A DNA stretch of 64,000 nucleotides from Octopus vulgaris (GCA_951406725.2 OX597821.1:1426001-1490000), one strand, 5' to 3'. Positions 40,342 through 54,367 are shown, counted from the first letter of the stretch. Notes: generated by a model not told the origin, from the letters alone. Made by a program: numbers and translations.

Positions 40342-41732
40342 AAAAATTTATTTAGTTCCCCTTTTCTCTCTGACCCTACCTCCCAACCTGGCTCGTTCCC
40401 CTGCTCCCGCCCACGTTGCCGCAATTGCCCGTACCTCTCCAACACCACCCTCCTCACCGGCACCCATCATCGACCCTATTGCATCTCCTGCTCTCTCTGC
40501 CATTCCCTGTACATCGGACAAACGGGATGCCGCTTGGCCGACCGGTTCGCGGAACACCTCCGAGACATCCGCCTCGCCAATGAGACACCAGTCTCACGCC
40601 ATTTCCGCTCCAACGGTCACTCCTTGCAACTCCTGTCTGTGTTCGGATTGTCCTTGCACAGAGGCCATCCGGATTCCCGCTTGCGCCGTGAACAGGGATT
40701 AATCTTCTCTCTTCGCTCTTTTATGCCATTTGGGTTCAACTCTCCCCCCTCATCTAACCTCCCCCCACTCCTACTTCTCTTCAGTCCTTCATCTTTTCAC
40801 CCCTACTCTCTTTCCCTCCTCTTCCCTTCTTCCCCTTCTTCCCTCTTCTTCTTTCTTCTTTCCTCTTCCCCTTCTCTCTTTCTCTCTACTCCCTCACTCC
40901 CCTTCTCTCCCCCTCTCCTCCTATCCTCCTCCACCCCCTCCTCCTCTCCCTCACCCCTCCTCTCCATACCACTTCTTTCCCCTTCCCTCCCCCTCCTTAC
41001 CCTCTTCTCCCCTTCTCCTCTCCCTCCTCCTTCTCCTCTCTCACCCTCATCTCCTCTCTCCCCCCCCCGCCTCCTCCTCCCCTCCTCTCTCTTCTCACCC
41101 CCTCTTACTCTCCCCACAACCGCCACTCTACCCCAACCCACAGCCGAACCCACACCCCACATGGGCTTTCCCCACCTCCCCACAACATCACACCACACTA
41201 CACTACACTATACAACATTACACATCACATCACAACACACCACCCACAGCACACCGCCCACACACTCATCCCCACATCTTTACACCTACACATACATACA
41301 CATATCATATCACAACACACCACCACACACCCATCCCCATATCTCCACACCCACACATACATACATACACACGTCCAGACCACCAGCCCTCTTTCACACG
41401 CACATACATACTCTCTTATACACACACGCACCTTCATGTTGGGGCGAAGTCACTTGACCCTGTTATCTCCCCTACTATCCCTCTAGCGTCTAACGTCTGA
41501 CCTCTGACCTCTGAGTTCAGCCTGAAGTCAGAACGCCATGATGGACCGTTAGCTCCTAGACGCATTTTTTTCTCTCCTTGTTTCTTTTCTGTGTATCTTT
41601 CTGTTGAAGAGCGTAGGCTCGAAACGTAAAAGACTTGTTCTATTTCTATTCCTGAGCGCCATACTAATACAATTGTTTGTTTGTACTCCACCTGCCCTCA
41701 TCTTTCGTTTATTTTCGTAAACTTTCCCGTTA
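40342..41732 (+). mobile_element. 5'-truncated Neptune-like Penelope element: Cys motif and GIY-YIG, pyrimidine-rich UTR, family E tail
   Basis: One frame over 40381-40745: GSFPCSRPRCRNCPY...YCISCSLCHSLYIGQTGCRLADRFAEHLRDI...SRHF...RLRREQGLIFSLRSFMPFGFN; hammerhead variant at 41596-41633; ends in (TA)n. Confidence 0.88.
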
Positions 41733-41749
41733 TATATATATATATATAA

Positions 41750-41940
41750 TGTGACCGCGTGTGTATCGTTGGCAATTTTTTTCCCTCCGTCTTCCCTTCT
41801 TTGGACCTTTCCTTTTCCTATGTTTCTGACTAAGAGCTCCGCTCTTTCCTTATTTCTTGAGCGTCCAATAATACTATACTTGTTCCATGTCTTCGCGTTG
41901 TTGTGTTTTCTCTCTGTGTTTTCATGTTTGGATTAACTAT
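41750..41940 (+). mobile_element. Family D tail with the 3' half of the hammerhead deleted
   Basis: Matches 4757-4966, but ctgactaagagctccgctc runs directly into tttcctt. Confidence 0.7.
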
Positions 41941-42052
41941 ATATATACATGTATATAAATATGCAGGTGCATATATTTTGTGAATGCATAATTCTCTCTC
42001 TCTCTCTCTCCCTCCCTCTACATATCTCTCTATCTCTCTCTCTATCTCTCTA

Positions 42053-42106
<54 letters not shown>

Positions 42107-42191
42107 CGGATATAGAATCAACGTTGTTAACCACTAATTGACGGCTAGACCTGTTAGGGACATCACTAAAACCTCCATTAAACAGTAACCT

Positions 42192-42245
42192 AGATTAAAT
42201 GGGTGCAATAATGCATCAGATTAAATGGGTGCAATAATGCATCAG
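42192..42245. repeat. 26-bp tandem duplication
   Basis: agattaaatgggtgcaataatgcatc twice. Confidence 0.9.
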
Positions 42246-42749
42246 AACGATCATTCCCAATTCTTTTGATATGATTGTGAGGAAATTTATTGGATACGAA
42301 TTACTTACTTTTCCTTAATTATTCTGAAATCAACAGATTTAAACAGTCAAATTCATAAAACTTCAATATCCTGCATGTTACAACATCTTCTTCAGAATCA
42401 ATACACATCAAGTGGTAATGATCAAACTTTGCATACCGTCACAATATCGCCGTCATTCAATAACGAAACAACACCGGGTACCTTTATAAATACGCTATAA
42501 AAACAGTTACATTCAAAGATACAGAATTATGTAGTCAAATACAAGCAGTTTTTTTTTTTGCTCTAAATATCCGAACTGAATCTTTACATAAAAATATTGG
42601 ACACAAAACAAACTTATTTATTAAAAACTATATTTGATATAGAGTTATCTGGTAGCATTAATAGGAGATTATTGTCACGTCTGCTACTATTTATTATATG
42701 TACTGAACACGATTTCAGCAATAAATATATCTATATATTTTTTAAAGAG

Positions 42750-42954
42750 TATGTATGAATGTCACACTTAGTCATATAACAATTCATACATATTTAGATA
42801 TGTAGGTATAAATGTGCATAAATGAATATATATATATATGTGTGTGTGTGGGTGTGTATGTATATATATATATACATATATGTATATATAAATATATGTA
42901 TGTTTGTATCTATATCTATCTATCTATCTCTATATACATATATTTATACATACA

Positions 42955-42993
<39 letters not shown>

Positions 42994-43006
42994 TTGTATA
43001 TATTTG

Positions 43007-43045
<39 letters not shown>

Positions 43046-43092
43046 GCCCACATGTACATATACTCAAACGTGCACGCATACATACACAAACA

Positions 43093-43139
<47 letters not shown>

Positions 43140-43454
43140 ATATGTATATATATATATATTCATTTAAATACATTTTTATATATAAAAGAATTAATGGTTA
43201 CATATATATATTAATGGTTACGTAAATATACATATATGTATATATATATACGCATTTGTATGCGTGTATATATATTTGATTATATATATAGCTACACGTA
43301 CATTTATATTTCTGTATGCACACATACATATATTAACAAATTGTGTAACCATTAATTCTTGTATATATAAAAATGTATATAAATGAATATATATATATGT
43401 ATATGTTTGTTTGTGTATGTGTGCGTGCAAGTTTGAGTATATGTACATATGTGC

Positions 43455-43497
<43 letters not shown>

Positions 43498-43734
43498 AAT
43501 ATATATAAGTATATATATATCCATATATATATGTCGGTATGTATATATATATATGTATATACATATAGATAGATATAAATATAAACATACATATATTTAT
43601 ATTTACATATATGTGTATATATATATATATATACATACACACACACACATATGTATATTTATTTATGCACATTTATACCTTCATATCTAAATATGTATGA
43701 ATTGTTATATGACTAAGTGTGACATTCATACATA
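42750..43734. repeat. Large local inverted duplication
   Basis: Arms 42750-43201 and 43345-43734 (tatgtatgaatgtcacacttagtcatataac... / ...gttatatgactaagtgtgacattcatacata). Confidence 0.9.
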
Positions 43735-43770
43735 TATATGTATATACATATGTGACATATATATATATGT

Positions 43771-43856
<86 letters not shown>

Positions 43857-43947
43857 TGGAAGCGTATTTCTCTCTACATAGCAGTGCTTATATTATCTAC
43901 AATACCTACATACATGTTCTGTCTGTCTGTCACTGTATGCATGTACG

Positions 43948-43988
<41 letters not shown>

Positions 43989-44777
43989 ACATCACTCCAT
44001 AAAACTCTGTGCGACTTTATATGCAGATGAGAGCATACGTTTGCGAATTCTTCTGTGTGTATCTGCGCCAGAACTCCTGCAGGTATACGCGAATGTATGT
44101 GTATATTTGTGCTTGTGTGTATGTGTGTGTATGTGTGTGTGTATGTGTGTGTTGTGTATCTTCTCTGATGTGTTATATCTCTGGTAGTCATGAGTTCTCT
44201 CCAGACATATTAATAACCAGTTTTATCTCAATATACTTCGTTTTGTTTCCTTCGCCATTCCGTTGTATTAATAAACATAAAGACACAGTAAAAACTATTA
44301 TCATTATGTTTTTCATATCAGGGGATAGATTTGATTTTTACTAATAAAACAGTGAAATTATATTTCTGTTCTATTTTCATAGACAATTTTCACGAAAATG
44401 ATAAGGGTGGTTATAATTACGGTGAAATATTAAAATAAATTTGATGTTTCACGATAAAATATTACAATATATACGCTAAAACTGTCCACGTTCATACTAA
44501 CTATATTAACTACAATTGCACGAACAATCGCTCGCACAGACACACACTCACACACATATACGCACATCACACATACATATATATGTTATCTCTCTGTATA
44601 CGTACACACACACACACACACACACACATATGTATATCATACTCGTACATTTTAAACTAACATAATTATAAAAATATGCATATTTATGCCTGTTTGTCTA
44701 TATATCTATGAATACATTGATTTGGTGTATATATATAAATATATATATATATATGTATATATAATGTAAAATATGCT

Positions 44778-44820
<43 letters not shown>

Positions 44821-44889
44821 CACAAACATTTATACATATATATATATATAATTATCTATCTATGTATATATCTAACTCTCTTTCTTTGC

Positions 44890-45041
44890 CGGAGAGGCTG
44901 TGTGGTAAGTAGCTTACTTACCAACCAGATTGTTCTGGGATCAGTCCCACAGCGTGGAACTTTGGGCAAGTGTCTTCTGCTATAGCCTCGGGCTGACCAA
45001 ATCCTTGTGAGTGGATTTGTTAGACGGAAACTGAAAACAGC

Positions 45042-45094
<53 letters not shown>

Positions 45095-45310
45095 GTTTGT
45101 GTGTCTGTGTTTGTCTTTCCACTATCGCTTGACAACCGATGCTGGTGTGTTTACGTCCCCGTCATATAGCGATTCGGCAAGGGGGCCCGATAGAATAAGT
45201 ACTAGGCTTAGAAAGAATAAGTCTGGGGTCGATATGCTCGACTAAACGTGATGCTCCAGCACGGCCGCAGTCAAATGACTGAAACAAATACAAGAACAAA
45301 AGAAAATAAA
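44890..45310 (+). mobile_element. SINE family B
   Basis: Head, internal (TA)n and tail. Confidence 0.88.
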
Positions 45311-47169
45311 AGTGCACATGTAGACATACATATTCATATCATATATGTATGTGTGTGCGTGTGTGTGTGTACGTGTATGTATATATGTATGTAAGTATAT
45401 ACAAAATACACACCTTAATATATTTTCCTGTCTTCAGTCCTTTCAGGAAACCTGAGTTTACCTCAAAAAATTTCAACAAAACTTTGCCCCTATGTTCTTA
45501 TTCGGGATCCTTCTCATGTGACCATGGCCGAACAATTGTGTCTGGTCCCTTTGATTATCTTAGTACTAGCTTACTTCACGTGATTATCATTGTTAGAAGA
45601 AGTATTTCTACTCCTGTTTCGTAACGAGACCCTCAATATACATTGCAGACACTGCATTGTAAATTTACAACCCGCGTGTATCTTCAGGTTTTAGGTTTTC
45701 CTATTATTAAGTTGTAGATTACGAAGATGATAGCAAGTCTAACTTAATCTAACTTTGAGTGACTGGCTGATCGTCTGTCTATTCTATGTCCCTTTGTTTT
45801 CGTCTCTTTAGACTGTCGGAACCAGTGCGATGCGATTCATGTTTTATGATAGATTATACATCCGAGAAACAACAATCTGTGAACTCTTTTACTTTAGAAT
45901 CATCTAGAGTAATCGTTTTGCGAATAGATTTCGCAGTTTGCACTTTTAAATTTTACATCAAATATTTTTAGTTGATATATTCAATTTGTCGATAACGGTG
46001 GACATTAAGGTTATGTCGTTAGATTTATCTAATGTCTATGGAGTAAAAGGGTAATAGTATGGCAGACATTTATATCTATATGAATTTGTCTTGTGTTTTC
46101 ATATGACACACAACATGTTTATAAATAGGACGATAGCACGCAACCTTGTCTCATACTCTCCCTTATTTCTAACCAAAGCATCAGTCGACTACTGAAAGCA
46201 CAACGTTATTGAATAATCCCTGTTAGTTGCAGTCTTGGGGTTTATTCCTACACCTGTAATCATCTTCCATTTAGCTATCCTCTAGAACAATGGTACTCAA
46301 CTACTTTTTTTACCCATGGACCTCTTTGGTTCTTATTTTACACGGGTGGAGCCTCATAGCCGTTCACTGTTTAAAAAATCCTATCAATATAGGATACATG
46401 AACTGTACCAAATAGATAAAAGGTACACACACACATACACACATATATAATCATGGGTGCGTGTGGTTGTGGTTTTGGGAGGTGGAGGGGTTTGCGTGTG
46501 TAATAATATTCTTTTAGTTCTATGTTACAAGATGTTTAAAAAGATTCCTGTCACATGTTAAATAACTTTCATTAGTTTACTTTTCCTCTCTTTCCTTCTA
46601 TACTTTTTATTAACCAAATTATTTTCCATGCTTCACATATCAGCAAATTTTACAAATCAGCAAGCTGGTTACTTCAACTGTAACATGGTTAAATGTTCTT
46701 GCAGTTGAAGCTGTTGAGAGCGCATACATCTTCGCGAAACCCGCTAGAAATAGTAGCGATGCCTCATTCATAAACTTCATGAGGGCTTATAAAGAAATAT
46801 TCTACAAAAAATGTAGAACATGGTGCATTAGTCTTTCTTCGTTGTCCTACAGTAAAGGTGTTCTTTTTCGATCAACCATTTTCCTTGCTGAATGAAATGA
46901 CATGCCTACGAAGAGAATAATTTCGCTGCGCAACATATCTTGTTTGGTATAATCGTCACCAAACGAACTCCTACTAGTTTCACTAAATTTCGTCATTGAA
47001 AAATTTTCTGTATATGCAATGTTATGTAACATATACATATAATTACATACACACACACACACAAATATATATATATATATGTATATATATATATGTATGT
47101 ATGTATGAATATATATATGTGTATGTATATATATATATGTGTATGTATATATATATATATATATAAAAG

Positions 47170-47562
47170 AGTGACTGCGTGGTAAGTAGCTTGCTTACGA
47201 ACCACATGGTTCCGGGTTCAGTCCCACTGCGTGGCACCTTGGGCAAGTGTCTTCTACTATAGACTCGGACCGATCAAAGCCTTGTGAGTGGAATTCGTAG
47301 ACGGAAACTGAAAGAAGCCCGTCGTATATATGTTTATATATATGTATGTATATGTGTGTGTATGTTTGTGTGTCTGTGTTTGTCCCCCAATATCGCTCAC
47401 AACCGATACTCGTGTGTTTACGTCCCCGTAACCTAGTGGTTCGGCAAAAGACCGATAGAATAAGTACTATGCTTACAAAGAATAAGTCCTGGGATCCATT
47501 TGTCCGACTAAAGGTGGTGCTCCAGCATGGCCACAGTGAAATGACTGAAACAAGTAAAAGGG
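47170..47562 (+). mobile_element. SINE family B
   Basis: Head, internal microsatellite and tail. Confidence 0.88.
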
Positions 47563-47673
47563 TATACGTACACTATATATAAATAACATATATATACTGC
47601 GTATATATATATATATAACATATATTATATATAAACATACTTTTTTATAGTGTATATATATATACTGAGTGTA

Positions 47674-47811
<138 letters not shown>

Positions 47812-48128
47812 TGTATGTGTGTTCTTGTGTATGTGTGTGTATGTATGTGTATATATATATGTGTGTGTTCGGGCGCAAGTGTGGATGTTGTTATCTGTAT
47901 GCTCTTATATGTATATCAATGCTTGTACCCGTTTATGTGTCAAGCCAGTATGGTTTGTGATTGTGTAATTTGATTTATCGAAGCAAATAATTTTACAGCG
48001 AAGTTCAGAGCAGACAAAGTCACTGGAACGTGAACTAAGACATTTGTACCATTAACCACTTTGAGAAATCGTGTATGTATGCATAACATATGCAGTCTAC
48101 ATCTGTCTGAACGTCATTGATACGTGTG

Positions 48129-48164
<36 letters not shown>

Positions 48165-48165
<1 letters not shown>

Positions 48166-48745
48166 CAAAACAGGAAATTGGAAAGAAAAGTTTGTATTAT
48201 TTAATCACTATTACATGTGTTTCATTTCCTAATAGGAGTTGCAAAATTTACATTTGGATAATATTTCCATTTGGATAAAACATTTATATAAGTTTTATAT
48301 TATTTGATTCTGCCTCAATAATGTCTAGTGGGAGATATCTTGCGTATTTCCCCTCATATGTACCATTTTATTATTCATTTTATTCAATGAAACAGGTTCA
48401 ATGGTGAGAAAATAATACCAATTTTCTTTTCCAATCTCCTGTTTTACTATGTAATAAGCTTCGGAAAAATTATTTTCCAGTCTTTTTCATCTCTTAGGCA
48501 TATCTCATACAAATATAACGACTGCATTCAATTTTAGATTATTGGATTATGGTGCAAGATGTCTTGGCTTGGATTATAACACTATCTAGCATTTATAACC
48601 CTATCTAAGTTTTTCTAGCATTCTCAAATCTATAATTCTTGAAATATTATGTTGACAAAGGAAATGAATTTTTATAATTCTATCCAGAAACGCGTCCATA
48701 ATTAATCGAAGATTGTTTGATTTCATTATTTTCCTTCTTTTTACC
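48165..48745 (+). mobile_element. Old fold-back/hammerhead element
   Basis: Imperfect inverted arms ~48167-48225 and ~48387-48445; hammerhead-like motif at 48646-48702. Confidence 0.55.
48646..48702 (+). ncRNA. Hammerhead-like motif with U3/A8 core variant
   Basis: attatg | TTGACAA | imperfect stem II (gaatt-tttat-aattc) | GAAA-c-gc-g-TC | cataat. Confidence 0.6.
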
Positions 48746-49329
48746 TATATATACATGCATATATGGGTACAAGACATCAATAAAACGTTGAACACTATGA
48801 GAAACGAAAACCTAAAACAAAAACATAGTAAACAAACTTTTTTTCGAACAACGAAAAAGACAAACAGAGAAACGAGACGTGCAACAGAAATAATATTCCC
48901 CTTCATCAGTTGTCCCTGTTTCATCTACTCGTTGAAACAGTCCTTCCTGCAAAGCAAGTTAGATGAAATTTGGAATGTTTTGCGGAGGGTGAAAGTGGTA
49001 ACAAGAACAGGACAGTGGGGACAAAACAGTAAAAACAAACAGTGAGGGCTGTTAGGCCAAGACGATAGAAAAAAATATTATGAACACTATGAGGACCAGC
49101 TATGAGAGGAGACAGGTATAGGTACGTCTTGTCTTTAGGGAGTAAATGGACAGAAAGATAAACTTCCTTTCGTCACGTATATATATATATATATATATGT
49201 AAACATATGCATACACATGTATTTCGCATGAAACTGATGTTCTGTATCGGGTGTCAAGGAGCAGTTTAATAAGCCAGCTAGACTTTTCCAAAATATAATT
49301 ATAGAAAGCAAAATAACAAAATGGGCAAA

Positions 49330-49489
49330 AGTGTGGCCGAGTGATAAGAAGTTTCGTTCCGAGTTCAGTTCCACTGTATGACAACTTGGGCAAGTGTCGC
49401 CATCTATAGTCTTGGTTTGACCAATGCCTTGTGAATGGATTTTGTAGACGATAACTGATGGAAGCACGTATAATTAAATAAATAAATAA

Positions 49490-49541
<52 letters not shown>

Positions 49542-49775
49542 GTGAATACACGTGCGTGTGTGTGCATCTTTCTCTCGGTTTGTCCGCCACTACCACTTTA
49601 CAAACTGTGTTGGTGTGTTTACACCTCCGCAATCTAACGATGCCGCTAAAGCGCCCGATAGAATAAGTACTAGGCGTTAAGAAAGGTACTGAGTTCACCT
49701 GTTCAACTAAAATTCTTCAAGGAGTTGCCCTAGAATAGCAACCATCTGATGCCTGAAACAAATAAAAGATATAAG
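49330..49775 (+). mobile_element. SINE family B (diverged)
   Basis: gttcagttccactg..cttgggcaagtg...gatagaataagtactagg. Confidence 0.75.
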
Positions 49776-50288
49776 ACTGAAAACATTCATCTTGGTAAAT
49801 GTGATTCTATTGAAGATTAAATCCAATAATTTGTAAGAACAACTTCCATTTGCATCTAATGAAAATGTAATTTTAAAAGAAATTTGTAGAAGAGTATTTT
49901 GAAAGTAGTAGTTTCCCTAGAAATATTCAAATGAGATTTTTTGAAAACAATTTTAATAGTAATTTGCAAAATGATATTTATAACATGTAGTTCTAAAACA
50001 AAATTTTAAAGAATATTTTTACAAATAATTTTTGTAACCGATTATTTTAAGAATAGTGTATTCATAGTAAATTTCTTAAAAGTGTTTTTGTATTTATAGA
50101 AATCTTAAAAATAATAATTTTAACTATGATTTATAAGAGTGTTTTTAAATTAGGCTAATGTATTTGAATTGCAAAATTCCCAGATTCCTGATGTGAAATC
50201 GACCATTGAAACAAATATTGTTATACCCGTCGATGGTTTATATAATAGGTGTTCACTTCAGTTAATGTAGTATTGTTGTTGTTGTTGT

Positions 50289-50378
<90 letters not shown>

Positions 50379-50566
50379 GCCTTTGCACAGCTTCTAACGC
50401 TGGAGATGTATGACAATGTCAACTGTTCACTACCAGTGAACTAAGGTAACATCTCTTATTTTTCGAGCACCTTCCGGAGTATTCGAGCGGTTCCAAGCAA
50501 TGCTGTTTTCTGGAAGTGCTCCACCCTTAATGCAGCCCCTATTTGTTCGACGTACTTATCGAGATT
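50379..50566 (-). mobile_element. 5'-truncated R4/Dong-clade non-LTR retrotransposon 3' end within (TAA)n
   Basis: Minus frame 50566-50456: NLDKYVEQIGAALRVEHFQKTALLGTARILRKVLEK*; short UTR; (TAA)n on both sides (50290-50378, 50567-50635). Confidence 0.8.
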
Positions 50567-50587
50567 TTATTATTATTATTATTATTA

Positions 50588-50634
<47 letters not shown>

Positions 50635-50645
50635 GTAGTAGTATC

Positions 50646-50812
50646 TTTGTCAAAGCTCTTTCGTTACCTGTTCAACGATTCTTAATCCCAAACGTCCACT
50701 TTTGTTCTGCTTTGTCCATTTTGTGTTTGGAAATAGGAGAACAATATAAGACACGCGGGATAGAGAGTCACTGAGAAGGTTACAAGATGTGTGACGAAAG
50801 AGCTTTGACAAA
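50646..50812. mobile_element. MITE-like element with 22-bp terminal inverted repeats
   Basis: tttgtcaaagctctttcgttac / gtgacgaaagagctttgacaaa (one mismatch). Confidence 0.6.
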
Positions 50813-50879
50813 TAAAATAAAATAATATAATTAAAACTGAACTGAAGACCAATTATATAGTGCGTGTGTATAATTCTTT

Positions 50880-51022
50880 TCCAATCTGGGCACAAAGCCC
50901 AACATTTTTGGAGAGGGTCTAGTCGATTAGATCGACCTCAGTACGCAACTGGTACTTAATTTACCGACACCGAAAGGATGAAAGGCAAAGTCGATCTCGG
51001 CGGAATTTGAACTCAGAACATA
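50880..51022 (-). mobile_element. SINE family A, partial
   Basis: cgaaaggatgaaaggcaaagtcgatctcggcggaatttgaactcagaac. Confidence 0.8.
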
Positions 51023-51060
51023 GATACGTGCATAGGTATAATTAAAACAAATATAACCAT

Positions 51061-51226
51061 AGGCGCAGGAGCGGCTGTGTGGTAAGTAGCTTGCTTACCA
51101 ACCATATGGTTCCGAGTTCAGTCCCACTGCTTAGCACCTTGGGCAAGTGTCTTCAACTATAGCCTCGGGCCTACCAAAGCCTTGTGAGTGGATTTGGTAG
51201 ACGGAAACTGAAATAAGCCTGTAGTA

Positions 51227-51302
<76 letters not shown>

Positions 51303-51717
51303 TTGAAGACGGGAAGGATGACTTCCCTTTGCAAATACTGATAGGGCACAGAAGGTGTGTCTATGGCCAGCTGGAGGAGTGTGTCCTCCTGGGGCTAAAA
51401 ACTACAGTAGCATCCACCCTTAGGGGTTAGCCATATTGAAATGGCAAAAATACGTCACTATATATATATAAATTTATATACACATATGTGTGTGTATATG
51501 TTTGTGTGTTTGTGTTTGTCCCCCCAACATCGCTTGACAACCGATGCTGATGTGTTTACGTCCCCGTACCTTATCGGCTCGGCATAAGAGACCTATAGAA
51601 GAAGTACTAGACTTACAAAGAATAAATCCTGGGATTGATTTGCTCGACTAAAGGTGGTGCTCCAACATGGCTGCAGTCAAATGACTGAAACAAGTAAAAG
51701 AGTAAAATAGTAAAGAG
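51061..51717 (+). mobile_element. SINE family B with a ~160 bp insertion in its internal (TA)n
   Basis: Head 51061-51225, insert 51299-51459, tail 51495-51717. Confidence 0.88.
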
Positions 51718-52080
51718 TATGCCCAAGTTTAACACGGTTTTTAAAATTTGCGTTTAATATATGTGTGCATATAGGTGTATTCATGTTCACAGAGATACAC
51801 AAGTATACAGACATACATATTTATATTCACGCACATCAATTTATATATTTATTCGGTGGAGATACTAGATTCACAGACGCGCACACGTCTAAATATATAT
51901 TTCTTGCTGTGTTCTATACTCGATTACCTACATTCGAGAACATCACTAGTAGTCATTTTGTAAGCCCTCGGGAAATGAAAAGAAATTAAATCGAATCTAG
52001 ATTCGATCTGCACACTGAATGCACAGCAATACATTTTCCCGTCTTCTAAGGAATCTTATGTCTCTTCCCCCAACTTCTTT

Positions 52081-52240
<160 letters not shown>

Positions 52241-52355
52241 CGTGATGTCATACTGTCACGATCTTGTAGCTTGCGATGCTTCCAATTTTGATCAACGTTA
52301 AGTGAAATGATATTACCAATCGCTCAAGCCCCTTCCCCTACTCTCTCATGACTTC

Positions 52356-52386
<31 letters not shown>

Positions 52387-52573
52387 ATGTATGTGTGTGT
52401 GTTTGTGTGTGTGTACGTGTGTATGTGTTCGTGTTTGTGTGTGTGCGTGTGTGATGTGTGGGTTGTCTTGCTTCATGAAGACTTCAGCCGTCTCATACTT
52501 TCTGTTTCTATCGCGCACCACGTAGCCTACCAACCAAGCTCGCTTTTGTCAATCAATATATATATGGGAACAG

Positions 52574-53497
52574 AAGGCAGCAAGCTGGCAAAATCGTTAG
52601 CACACCAGCAGAGATGCTTACCGGTATTTCGTCTGCCGCTACGTTCTGAGTTCAAATTCCGCCGAGGTCGACTTTGCCTTTCATCCTTTCGGAGTCTATT
52701 AAATAAGTACCAGTTACGCACTGGGGGCGATATAATCGACTTAATCCGTTTGTCTGTCCTTGTTTGTCCGCTCTGTTTAGCCCCTTGTGGGTAGTAAAGA
52801 AATAGGCATTTCGTCTGCCGTTACGTTCTGAGTTCAAATTCTGCAGAGGACGACTTTGCCTTTCATCCTTTTCGGTTCGATTAAATAAGTACCACTTACG
52901 CACTGGAGTCGATGTAATCGACGTAATCCTTTGTCTGTCCTTGTTTGTCCCCTCTAATTTTAACCTCCCGTGTGCAATATATATGGGGACAAGATTCCTT
53001 CTAACAATTTGTTATTGCTGTCTTGGTAACTTCATTTTTAGTCCTCCTGCTAGGCGGTGAGCTGGCAGAATCACTGACACTCCGGGTCAAATACTCAGAG
53101 GCATTTCATCTGTCGTTATGTTCTGTGTTCAAATTTTGCCGATGTCGGCTTTGCCTTTCATCATTTCGGGGTCGATAAACAATTGCCAGTTGAGCATTTT
53201 TGGTGGATATAATTGTCTTATCCCTGCCTCCAAACTTTCTGGCTTTGTGCTAACATTTGAAACCAATATTTCTTCCCCCAGTAAGGTGGAGATCTAGCAG
53301 AATCGTTGGTATGCTGAGTAAAATGCTTAGAGGCATTGCGTCCGCTGTTACATTCTGTGTTCAAATATCACCGAGGTCGGTTTTGCCTTTCATCCTTTTG
53401 GGGTCGATAAAATAAATACCAGTTGAGTATTGGGGGTTGGATGTAATCGACTTAATGCCTTTCCCGAATTTGCTGGCCTTGTGCCAAAATTTGAAAG
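52574..53497 (+). mobile_element. Three consecutive SINE A copies (52574-52978 two-unit, 53053-53265, 53283-53497)
   Basis: Each starts ggc(g/a)g..agctggcagaa-like and contains gcctttcatc.ttt.gg.gtc.at. Confidence 0.82.
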
Positions 53498-54367
53498 CCT
53501 GTAAAGACTGTAAGACGTGACATGGACATCTGAAACGGACACTACGAAGCCGTAGTCAGCCGGAAACGATACAGGAGACGTTCTGACTACGACCCCTCGC
53601 CAGCGATAGTTGGTCATCCGGCGTTCATCCAGAGCCACTATTTCAGTTTTGCTTAGTTTCTGGTCGTCTAGCAAAGAACCATGCATAAACGCATTTTCCA
53701 GTTTACAAGTCTTTCTTACAGTTTATATTGATTCTAACCATTTTCTGATTCTGTTTGTGTATCAGTCTGTCCTTATCGATCTTTTCTGGTAGCATATCCT
53801 TTTATCTTTGGCTTGTTTCGTTCATTGCACTGTGGTCATGCTGACGCAACACCTTGAAGAGTTTGGTCGAATAAATTGACCCCAGAACTTGTGTTTCTTT
53901 TAAGTCTAGTACTTATTCTACTGGTGTTGGGGTCTTTTGCCGAACAGCTAAGCTACAAGGATGTAAAAAAAAACTCCAGCACCGGTTTTTAAGCGGCGTG
54001 ATGAGATAAGGGTGCAAAGCACAAACTTATACACACATACACACACTCATATATATATATATATACGCATACATAATACGCACACATTACATACATATAT
54101 ATATTCACAAATAAGAAATTATATCCACGAAAGTGGTGTTGAGCATTCATTATCATCATTCGAAATTTACACACACACATACACATGTACAATGCACACA
54201 CGAGTTAAGGTGTAGAGTAGATCCGATTTGGGATGAAAGTGGTAGACATCGAAGCAAAGTATATACCGCAGGCTACTAGTCAGACAATCCCTGTAATCAC
54301 ATCACCCGTAACATGTGGTCACCTAACTCCCAAGACTGCAGCTCCCTTGATTTTTAAGTGTGGGAAT

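Noticed and set aside
40746-41500. Long Pro/Ser/Leu/His-rich extension of the 307-aa ORF and overlapping ORFs
   Set aside because: Low-complexity 3' UTR of the Penelope-like element; homology ends at PFGFN.
49800-50170. AT-rich quasi-periodic tract
   Set aside because: No stable unit could be defined by eye; treated as low complexity.
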